Part shown: one piece after another, positions 1 to 12,000 of the stretch
Numbering within the stretch: position 1 is the stretch's first letter
Layout of the letters: each line of letters begins with the position of its first letter
Source of the DNA: Antedon mediterranea
Taxonomy: Eukaryota > Animalia > Echinodermata
Direction: 5' to 3'
Assembly: GCF_964355755.1 (NCBI RefSeq)
Contig: NC_092670.1
Coordinates: 36,940,388-37,004,387 of the forward strand
DNA length: 64,000 bases
Position numbers and translations under genes: made by a program
The notes under the pieces: model-generated
Seen by the model: the letters and a program-made list of their open reading frames with translations, nothing else
Databases searched by the model: none
Told to the model about the DNA's origin: nothing

Positions 1-3000
1 CAAAACAATTTACTAACAGAATCATCTAATAAACAAAGCAACTTGCAATTTGATGAAAAAGACAAAATAAAAAAAATCCAATCAATATTAGGCTTACCGA
101 GCAACTTTATTCACCATGCCAACCAACTGCCTGGAAAACAACTCGAGGGAATTCAAGAGATAATAAACGACTATTTAGGAGCTAATGATATTCCTGCAGA
201 AAAGATATTAAATAATATTATGAAACTTTTATTCATAAATAACTCACGCGTTGTTGAGCCATCCAGTAATTTGACAACGCAGAAGGTGCAAGAACACGCT
301 GCTGAGATACGGGTGCTTAGTATTAACGAACTACTGGAACGTCCGCCACCTAACCCACCGAAGATTGAACGTGTAAAACCAAACGATTTACCATACATAA
401 GAGATGATAGTTACAAACCTTCTGTGAGTTCATTCAGTTCATGTACTGTATCTTTGTTTTTTTTTATGCGTAAAATGTATATTGTTTTGAGAAGGTAAAG
501 GTCCATATTAAATTCTAAACATAGGGTAATGAGCTCACTTTACTTATCCTCAGCATTATGTGGCCTATTCCTTTCCATGTGCCTTATCCCTTTCCATGTG
601 CCTTATCCTCTCTAGTATTTTCAACCAGGTACTCTTTTACAGCTTCCCAGTAGAATGGAAGTTGAATTGAATTGGACCCAGGTCTCTCTGTATAATAGTC
701 AAGTGTCCTAACCACTCGACTAATCAACTCCTTATGTTTGAGAATGTTTGAAAACAACGTAGTTATTTGAGTTGATGACTCAGAGCTCACAACCAGCAAA
801 ACTATTATCATAACAGAGAGTGTCAGAGATACAATTAATGTTTAACCAGGCCCCTGGTCTAGGAACCCTAAATTGGCCATCCAACATTAGAGGCTTAGGG
901 CTTTTTTAGCCTTTTTCGACATACTTTTAAAAGTTTAATGAATGTTTTTTCCTCTGAGCACTGCTCATAAGCTTTGGATTTAGCCAGTGAGAGCTCATAG
1001 CCATTACTCCACTGTATCAATGATTAACCCATACAAAGCTGTATCTGATTACAGTATCTTGCATTAATATTTCTCATTTAGCACGTATGCGCATGTAATT
1101 GTAAGGTATCTAATACGCCTAAAGCGTGGTTCCCACTAGCGACGCAACGCAAGGACGTAACGCAACGCAAGTGAATTGACCAATCACAAGCGATGGCTTA
1201 TTCGCTTGTGATTGCTAACTGTCTATAACTTCGCTCGTCATTGGTTAAAACGCTTGCGTTGCGTTTACGCCCTTGCGTTACGTTCTAGTGGGAACCAAGC
1301 ATAACTACAACACATTAAAATATGTTAAATTTTTCCTCTGCTTTCTGTCTTACTAATGTTGTTCTAGTCATTTCATTCTGATGAAATGTCCACAATCACT
1401 GTAGCCTCAACTTTTTTAAGCATCATCATTTTCTCCCAGTCTGCCTCCATCCTGTTTGGCTATATGTCAAAAGTATTGTAATTTTAGTTTTAACAACAAT
1501 TGATGCGAATACAGTAGTGTGTGTTTCATGCCCAGCACTTATATTTAGTTCTTCTTCCTCTTCATTCAGCAATGTCCGAATTCATATGCCCAGAAAGCAG
1601 CGCATTCATCATGGTTGAGAGAACGCTACATTCCAAATGTCAAAATGTTTCTCTCCAAAGAAGATGTAAATGTGTTCAGCACCTACCACAAGCTGTCACA
1701 TTATGGGTTGCCGTTTGGATTTGCAAGAGAAAATAGAACATGTAAGTAGGGCTTGATTTAATGCTACCCACTGTAGGTGACCATTTCCCATTTAACTAGC
1801 TGGCAGTTGAGGCATTGAGGTCTGTAACAGTAGGTCGTAGGATTGATGTGTCGTCGATCGTCGCATAAACCACCAAAACAAAGCAAGAAGTATGCAAATC
1901 TCAACTCAACCCCTCATATGCACACAATGAATTAACATCACCCTAACTTGTTCCTCGGCGGTCACATATTGAAAGCTCCTTTAGTAATAAACTTTCCCAA
2001 AGACCCTACCTAGATAAACTTCTAGATACGTTTCAAATGTTTCTTTCCATCTTTTAAACTTCGCATAACCCATTGTCCAATGTAAATCAGGTATATACTG
2101 CTTACTGGTATATTAGTATTTAGCGATTTTTTTTAAAGAAAAACACATATTCTATCATTTGCTTTATAGTAATTGCTGAAGTGTTAAACCACCCAAACTA
2201 CAAATCCACTTCAGCATATGGGACATTGTCAAATAAGCAATGTACTCGCTGTGCTGTGGTTGGCTGCGGAGGCGTGTTAAAGGGGTCTGGAAAGGGCCCT
2301 GAAATTGACGCACATGACCACGTTTTCAGGTAACATTGATTTTTCAGATTATGTTTTAATTTATCGAATAAACACTCCGCTTTGAATAAATGCCTCCCTC
2401 GAAAAACACCCCTCATAGAACATCATTTTGAATTTTAATAAACATAAAAATTAAAAAAAATTATTATTTCACTTTCACGAAAAAGACAAAAGAAACGGTT
2501 AATTTTTACCAATTTAACCATTGTCTGACAGTAAATTTTTAAAAGTATTTTTTGCTTTAATTTACTTTCAGGTAAATTTTGTTTTCAAATGCAGTTTTTG
2601 GTCAAAGTGAATAACTATAACGTGGAATTAAAATGGCATATTCAACAAAAAATGTAAAAAAAAAAAAATCTTTTAGGGGGACAATATATTTTTAATATGT
2701 CAAGTGTCTAGCGTACCACGTTTCAAACTTTCATTTTTTTAGAGTAAATAGGGCAATCACCAAGGGTCATCTTGCTAATGATGTTGGAAAAAGAACAAGT
2801 TTTTACACCTTTTTTCCAGAGTCTGATTACACACGAGAGATAGAAGATACTGAGGTATTGTATTTAATCTTTTGTTTTTCGTCATTCATCTAATAACTTA
2901 ACATGAATTATTTCAAGATGTATTGTCCCTTTGACTAATTCCCAAAAAAAATTTTTTTTTTAATTTAAAAAAAAAGTGGGTCATTTTGAAGTATCATAAT

Positions 3001-6000
3001 AGTTATTAACTTTCACCAAAAATTAGTCAAAAAAAAAAAATTTAACCGAAATACAGATGTTTTTTTGTTCAAAAAATAACTTTGACTTCCAGTCAAAGTT
3101 TTCAATCAAAACATATCCCATAATGCAATGCGCTTGTTTGGCTACTCTATATGCATAATCATAAAACTTCCTCGCGATCTGTGTGAAAACACCTTCTCAA
3201 CCGTGATGAGTTGTAAACAATCCTAATTAGCATCATGCATAATGCATACTCATGGTTTGAAATCTTTGTTTACTTTCGCTTGCGACGATTTCTCAGACGA
3301 AATGTAATCTAATTAATTTACCTGTTAATTACGTAAACTGTTGTTTTTGGCTCGAATTTTCGACTTTAATATTACTTTGATATGGCCAATTTAAATTTAG
3401 AATATTTTTTTTTTCATTTTTTGTGTTTCAAGGGACAATACATCTTTAAGGCTCAAAGCTGGTTAATATCTGATAAATTTCTACTTAGTCAAATTTCTCA
3501 GTTGATTTTAAATAATATTCAAGATTAAATTTATTTTTTCTGATGTTACAAATGGAAAATAGTAAATAAAATAATTACATTTTTCATTAAAAAGATATAT
3601 TTTGTTTCTCATCATCTTATAACTGAAAGTGAACTATTTAAGGGTCAAAGCTGGTTAATAGCTAATCAATAATTTCTTCTTAGCCAAATTTCATATTTAA
3701 ACAATATTTAAGATTAAATTTATTGTGTTAAAAATAGAAAATAGTAATAACATTTCATTAAAAATATATATAAATCCAAAGGCAAATTACTGAAAAAATG
3801 ACAATGCTGTGGGTATCAGTGGCTGAATCTCAATGGAGATACAAAATAAAAGCGAAAAGCTAAATCAAAACGAGAAGTAAAACAGCCAGAAAAGTTAGCA
3901 GAGCTTTCAGGCAACACTAGCCCTTCATCAGTGCAAGTGAAGGAATTTGGATAACTTCATAGTATAAAGCTGGCAAGTGCTGCCTGGGTGGACATGAATA
4001 AAAAAAATATAACAAAGGGAGCCAGGGTGGAGTCTGAATAAAAGTAGAAAACAAGGAATGTAGCTTGGTAGAGATATAAACAATTTTGGAATGAGACTAA
4101 AAAACAGCTTAAATGGTGGTTATATTATATATTCATTTTAAAATGATATTTTAATCACAAAAATGTCATATAAATTTGGTAGGTAATGTTTTAAAATTCC
4201 TATTATTGTAGTAGTAGCAATGAGCATGTGCTTATTACAGTAATTTCATACAAATGTTATGGTGGTTAATTAAAAATATATATATGAATACATTTATTTA
4301 AAACATTTTTTTTTAAGACATTTTAAAAAAGTAGCTAGGGATATTTTAAAAAATCCCTATATTATTTTTTAAAAAAAAATTTATATACAACCTTTATTTA
4401 TAAATCCAAGGAAACAAATTAATTTGCATGATAACAAAATGAACTAAAAATGTACTGAGAAATCAAGCATGTTCTTTTTAAGCCCGCTGGGATCATATAT
4501 GAGCATGTGCTTGTGCCTGTGCCCCTGTGCCTACTGGCAGACCGCCTCTGGAGCCCTTTTTGTTTACCAGCCTAGCTTACATGACCATGAGGTATTCAAG
4601 ACAAAAACTCTTTGATCTTTGCCGGTTAGATTTTAAGCCACCAAAAGATTTTTTTAGTGTGGCTAATAAACTTGGTGTAGCCCGAACAAAAGCAAGAGGG
4701 TGTCGCGGTGGCCGAAACAAAGTAAGACAAATTAGAACATTGATAATGATACGTCAATCTACGAAGTCACAGCATACCTTGAAATTTCATCGTGTTTGTT
4801 ATTCTAATCTGATTAAAATATGCCCTCGTACTCCACGCCGGCAGCAGGGACCTGACCAAAACATGCATAGCATTAAAGTTGATTTTCCGAACATTTTTCT
4901 TTGTAATGCAAGGTCTATTGTGTACCGTATTGATGAACTGCAGTCATTGCTTAATGTTAACTCGTCTGATATTGCTGTTCTTACTGAAACTTGGCAAACA
5001 AAGCAAATAAGTAACGACTCGATTGCTGTTGAGAACTACCAAATTTATACTTACCACCGAGCCCATAAACGTGGAGGAGGCGTTGCGGTATACGTTAAGG
5101 ATACATTTTACTCCAGGATCATTGACACTGTTCCAAATACCAACTGCGAATACGAGTGCGTTTGGGTTCACATTCGCCCTAGAAGATTACCCCGAGATAT
5201 ATCTGGCATTGTTGTTTGTGGAGTGTATGTTCCACCTGATGGTCCTAAGAATGAGATTATGAACTACCTTACAGAATCTGTCGATAAGTTAAAACAGAAA
5301 TACCCTAATGCTGGTTATATTATACTAGGAGACTTTAACCGATCTAAAATTAATATCATCTGCAAGACACACGCTCTCAAACAAGTTGTAAATAAACCAA
5401 CCAGGAATGATGCCATTTTGGACTTAATAATAACCAACCTAAGTAAATACTACAATAATCCTGTGATACAATCACCAATTGGTCTGAGCGATCACAATGT
5501 TGTTGTTTGGTTGCCCAAATATTACCAACACAAGATACATAGAACCTTGAAAAAGACCAATCGTTTGATGCCTGCCCATGCAATCCAGCAATTTGGTGAA
5601 TGGATTACCCAGTACCCATGGACCGAAGTTGTTAACATGTCTAATCTCCAAGAGAAAGCAAATGCTTTTTATAGTATCTTAGATGTAAAAATCAACAAGT
5701 TTTTTCCATTGAAATCATTTAGACTTCACTCAAGCGACAAGCCCTGGATGAATAGGGTAGTGAAAGACCTTATTTTAAAACGACAAACATGTTTTGCTAA
5801 TGAGGGAAAGTCTAATCAATGGAAACTCTATCGAAACCGTGTCCAACTTGAAATTAAACGTGCAAAGTCTAACTTCTATAACGAAAGACTTAAAAGCCTC
5901 AAATCAACTAACCCAGTGAAATGGCATCACGGTATCCAGCTTATGGCAAACAAACTAAAACCCCCACCTATTATTCAAATACCCAACATTGCCCCTAACA

Positions 6001-9000
6001 ATGATCTTGCTATAGCTCAAGATATCAATGTTTCTTTCTCCAAGGTCTCGCAAAGTAAGAAATCTTTGGTGCGTCAAAGTCTTCCAAGTTTCTTACCAGC
6101 TGAAAATCCACCCCAACTGGAGGAATGGGAAATGTTCTACCACCTAAAAAAAGTTAAAGTTTCAAAATCTGCTGGACCTGATAATGTGCCCAACAAGATT
6201 ATCAAAATGTTTGCATGTGAATTGAGTTTCCCATTAACAAACATTGTAAATGCTTCCTTTAGGCAATCTTGTGTACCTCGGCAATGGAAAGACGCCATAG
6301 TGTGTCCCATTCCAAAAGAGTACCCGATTAAACACGATAAACTAAGACCAGTTTCTTTGACTTCACAATTTGCCAAAGTAGCAGAAGGAATTGTATACGA
6401 CCTCTTGTTAAACGATATTGGACCGAATATGGACACTAGCCAGTATGGGTGTATGAAAGGATGCTCTACATCACATTATCTGATCGACATGCTCAATCTT
6501 CTTTATAAAGGAACTGACAAGCCGCGCAAAACAGGACGCTTGGTTATAACAGATTTCGCTAAAGCATTTGATGGCGTTGACCATACAGTTGCAGCAAGTA
6601 ATCTCATTGCACTTGGTGCCAAATCCTGGATTGTCGATTGGATATGTAACTTTTTCTCTGGAAGGCGTCAAAGAGTCAAGTACCAATCGACTTTGTCAGA
6701 CCATGGATTAAAGAATAGAAGGATATGCATCGACGGTGACATCAAACGATTTTACAACGCGCTTGCCTATACTAAAGCACTGCTGCCAATCAAACAAACA
6801 CGCTCATTGAACTCCGTGTCTCTAACCGCGGCCCTCTGTAAAACGCTTCGAATCAACTGTTACATTTTTTGAGACCAAAACGTAAGCATGTAGAAATCGT
6901 ATGCGCAGTCTGAATGTTCTATTGACATGTCTGCGTCGATGATTAATTGACAACAAAAATATATTGCTGAATAATTCTGTTTTAGTTTCATCACAATCGG
7001 ACTACGAAAAGTTCACTTTCTTACGACTGGTAATTTTAAGTAGTTGGTAATATTAATAAAATATGCAATTTTTATATTTGAATTATCATTATTTGCCTGC
7101 CATCTTCTGTCATTAAAAATTGCGTTAATCTATAGAATATTAAATTATGCATTTGACCATGTATGTTGTTAGCGTGGCCGGTGTTCACCCATACAACAAT
7201 CGTGTTTTATATATATGGCTAAGCAGTGGTTTCTTCATAAATCTCCTTATTTATCGATGTGATTATATTTAAATTGTAGTGCCTGGTGATTGGCTAGTGG
7301 TTATGTCATCCACATCACATCCAATCACCGGGTCTAATTGAATGAAAACAGCGATCCCTGATCCGGGATTGGCTGGCTATGTATAGTTGCGATTCGTGTT
7401 CCCACTAGCGACGCAGATTAGCCTAGGCCTACCTAGGCAGTATCAATGTCGGCAAATCATATGGTTTACTAGTAAGCCTAGGCCTAGTATTGCTGATTTT
7501 GTAATTTTACATGTAGGCTGAGACAACAAATAAATAGTTATTGTCTCAGATGTAGGGCTACTGCAGGTCATAAAATGCTACTTTAATGTCATAGGCCTAA
7601 AAACATTAGCGTAGATCAATCGCGACAGAAACCTATACTAATTACAATTATAGCATCTACAATTCTAAGCCAATAACAATATAGTATTGTTTTTATCTGG
7701 TATATTGATGAAGTAGGCCTACACTAAGGTCTTCACAATAACATAAAATGTAATTTAATAACTGTTTTCAATGGCGTGAGGCAGAGGCCTGAAGCCACTT
7801 GTTTAGGAAACCTAAGTGGCCCTCCAAAAGTTTCAAAGATCGAGGCCTCGGACGTTTTTAGCATTTTCGACATATTTTATGCCTGTTCCTCTGGGCACTG
7901 CTCATGGGCCCCAAGCTTCGGTTTAGCCAGTGAGCGCACATATCCGTTACGCCACTGATTATACTGTTCAAATATGTATGAATACATACAGTGCAACAAA
8001 GAACGCGCGAAAGAAGCGTAGTCAACACGGTTAAATGTCGTTGCACATGTGCAGTAAACAATATATTAGGCACGCGACCGTTTCGTTGTTACCATGCGGT
8101 TAATTAAACTGTAACATTGTGGGCGGTCCGCGGTCTGTCGGCGAGAGTCAAGGAACCCTTGATCTCACGTCGATGCATATCCTTCTATTCTTTAATCCAT
8201 GGTCAGACTGGGAAACCTTATCCTGTGGTGTGCCACAAGGTACTAAGCTTGGAGAAATTGTGTTTCGTGCTGCCATCAATGATGCTGTGAAAGAAGCAAT
8301 CTGTGAAAAGTGGAAGTTCGTTGATGATCTTTCACTGGGCGAGGTAGTTAACTCTAATGCAACGTCTACACTACAACATGATGTTGATGATTTGGTCGAA
8401 TGGGCAACCATGAACAAATTTCAATTGAACCCATCAAAATGCAAACAACTTAAATTTTGTTTCATGAAGTCGCCACCCTATATGACACCTATCAACATAA
8501 ATGGCTGTGAATTAGAAACAGTTAACTATGCAAAAATACTCGGGGTTTTCATCCAGGATGATTTAAAATTTGATGTCCAGGTTGACCATATCCTTAGTAA
8601 TGGAGGAAGACGTCTACACATGCTTAGCCTTTTAAAACAGTTTGGGATTCCTTTTGAAGACCTTGCCCAAGTTTACACCACATATGTTAGACCAATTTTT
8701 GAGTATGCAATACCAGTATGGCACTCTAGTCTTACTGTTGCGCAGACAAATGCCATAGAGTCCATGCAAAAACGTGCATGTAAGATAATTTTGGGTAAAG
8801 ATTACCAAGACTACAACACTTCCCTTAACATTTTGAATATTAAACGACTAGATGAACGCCGCGAAAATATATGTCGTAAATTTGCTACAGATTGTATTAC
8901 ATCTAATAAATTCAAGGATTGGTTTATTAGAAATCCTGAGCTTTCTGTTAGACTTAGGAAAAGAAAAGAATTTGTTGAGCCCCTATGTAAAACAAACCGA

Positions 9001-12000
9001 TATTATAATAGCCCTAAGCTTTATCTTACACGCCTCCTTAATGAGAGATAGATTTTAACTCAGTAAAACTAAAGACATTTTTGAAGACGTATAAATAAAT
9101 TAAACATAATATGTGAATATGTACAAATAAATATAATACTACTGTAAATAACTTAATAACTCCATAATTTTCACATTTTCAAATTTTATCAAATTTCATA
9201 ATCTTGTAAATAAATAATCAATTTCCATATTTCCCTTATTTAATTAAATTTTTAAATTTGTAGATAAATTTTAGCTAAATTTGTATTTTTATGTATTTTT
9301 CTTGTGCAATATGTTTGATTCCACTTTTATTTGTTCTTTGATTTCTATGTGAACTTTATATACTGTTTTATGCCTGTTTTAAATGTTTTTATATTTGTAA
9401 GTATCATGTAATTCAGCCATTGGCTGCGATTTTGATATGCAATAAAATGAAATGAAAAAAATGAAAAAAATGTGCTTATTCCAGTAATTTCATACAGTAT
9501 TTACTTGTTCTGTTTGATTATGTTTGTGTCGCATATATAAGTTCTGAAATGAATGTTTTATTTAATTTATGTTATCTATAATTCATGCTAACCAAAAAAA
9601 AAGGGGGGGGGGCAATACAAATAAAATATGCTAAATTATAAGGAAAGAATTCTATTATATAATCATTATATATTTTGAATAATGTACAATTTTTCTCCTA
9701 AAGACTGTAGATTTTTTTTACGCAATGTTTAAGAGTTATGATACAGCGTTTAGCAGAAACATTCTGAATGAAATTCCACCGCCCCTCTATAAATCATCAC
9801 ACCGAGACCCTCGGTCAGTATTTAAAATAAATCCGCAAAATGAATTTATTTGCATGTTTTTTTCTTCTTTAATTTTCATTTTGTCATCCGGCATGAAACA
9901 CGACACCGTGGCCATTCTTTTTTAGTACTCTTGTGTGGGCTTCTTTTCAAAATGGGCTTCTTTTTTAAATGAGCTTCTTTTCGAAATGGGTTTCTTTTCA
10001 AGATGGGCTTCTTTTCGAGACTACTTTTGCAAAGTATCACAGGGGCTCCTTTTCAAAACGAATGCTGTAAATTTTGTGAATTGCTACTACTACAATAATA
10101 GGAATTTTAAAACATTACCTGCCAAATTTATATGACATATTTGTGATCAAAATATCATTTTAAAATGAAAACCATAAAAATCAATGAAAAATTTATCAAA
10201 TTGCAAATATAGCATTTCCTAACAATTAAAGTGTAGCTCCGTTGTCAAAAATAAGTTGGGTTCAATGTTGTTTATAAAGTTTTATCTTTTTATAATAAAG
10301 AATTACAAATTTTAAACTCGCAACTACCCTTTAAAAGGTCCCACTTTTTAGCATTAAAACAGGTATATCAATTCAAAAATTAAAGGTACTGTACTGTTAC
10401 CATCATAATAATTATTTTTATTTTGGTTCACTGTGATGATCTAGAATTTGTGGTACACATTTTCTATGTTTAAGAAGTTTGATGTTGAGTATGGTAAAGC
10501 AATGTTAGGTTTACAGAAACCACCTAGAATGAAGACACGCACGTCATACTGGTTTGTATATTTACCAATAAATTGGCGCAAATTTTACATTTGCTTCACT
10601 GCTTCTGGATTTTATCATACATTCATAAGGGTGATACGGTAAACGGTTGAATAACCTATTTTTGTTACGGAAAGCGGTTTTGTGCCCCGTCTTTTAAATC
10701 AGGTATTTAAATGTTGGTGAGGGTTTCTTAAAAGTTAAACATAGCTAAAGATCTGTCTACACTATCAAACTTTATGTGATGTGCCCATATATGGACATGA
10801 TAATGTCATATCACAACCATATTTGGGCATATCACTATCATATTTGTGCACATCACACTTTTTTTGTCAAACTAGTGTAGACAGATACATTTCTTTCATG
10901 AATTTAATGTTTATCACAAAATAAAACACTTTAATTCTCCATATAACCACTCCAACCATGAGACCGAAGACGTACTACATACTACCCAGTTAGATCAAGA
11001 CACAACTTTGCACTGAATACTAGCTGCATTATAGGAGTACAGTGTATGTTTCTATTGTGTTTGGTCTGAAAAAAAGGCCTGGGGGAATAATGTGAAGCGC
11101 TTAATAGAAGCATTGTGCAATAAGCGCTATATAAAAAATGAATATTATTATTATTTATTTATTATTTTGCCTAGTTCATGTTGCAATGCTATGTACATTG
11201 TAATGTATGTTTACAGGCATTTATACAACAGCTGTTCAAATTATTGATTTACACTGTCTGTAGACAGTAAGTCAATTATGCATTGTTGGGTGATATTTAA
11301 TATGGAGAATTAAAGAACTAGAACTAGATGCTAGTGATCCGGAGATTGTGGCTTCAAATCCTACCAAATAATTACTTTTTAACAATTTCTCATAATATGT
11401 ACTTTATAAATAACTTTAATAACCGATCCTATTTAGCAGTAGTTATTCAAATCACATTTTTATTATTAATTATTACCTATTACACTTTCTATTATTGTTA
11501 TTACTGAATAATTAGATAATTGTAAATTAATTCCCAAAAATGAAAGGATATTTGTAATTTTTTTTTTCATGGTTTTTGCATGAGTACACATTACAGCACT
11601 GCATTTGCATCATTTACTGTACCAACACCATTTTATCGATATTATGATTCTTGCTGTGTTTATATATATATATATTTAACTATTTCTTCAATATTTGAAT
11701 TACTGTAGAATAGTAAAGCGATCATGTCAAAATTATTCTACTGCAGTTACTGCAGTAACTAAATTTTGCTTACTCTTGAACACTCACGAAATATTTACTG
11801 TACAGTATCTACAGTATACAATTATTTAGCAAATTTTTCTTGGGTTGTCGCGCATACTGTTGGTTTCAGTGACTACTCTCATAAACTTCTACATTGAAAC
11901 AAAAATCATACGTTAATGCAGTAAAAGAATATAAATATTGCAGTAACTGAAGTAGATTAATTTTGACCTGATCCCTAATTTATTTTCTTTGCTTAGAGAC

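Larger units (their letters stand above)
4513..9469 (+). mobile_element. Non-LTR retrotransposon (CR1/L2-group LINE, APE endonuclease + RT), interrupted by a DNA transposon
   Basis: EN motifs (LTETW, GDFN, SDH) and RT motifs ([27 protein letters not shown]). 3' hairpin cagccattggctg, then aataaa and an (a)ntga tail. Flanking TSD atgtgctt at 4505-4512 and 9470-9477. Confidence 0.93.

Noticed and set aside
584-811. 75-aa minus-strand ORF with protein-like composition in intron 1 of paralog 1
   Set aside because: No recognisable motif, no partner exons and no convincing splice pair.
6702-6872. C-terminal extension of the 781-aa ORF, and likewise the N-terminus of ORF 8119-9051
   Set aside because: Read-through into the inserted DNA transposon, not part of the LINE protein.
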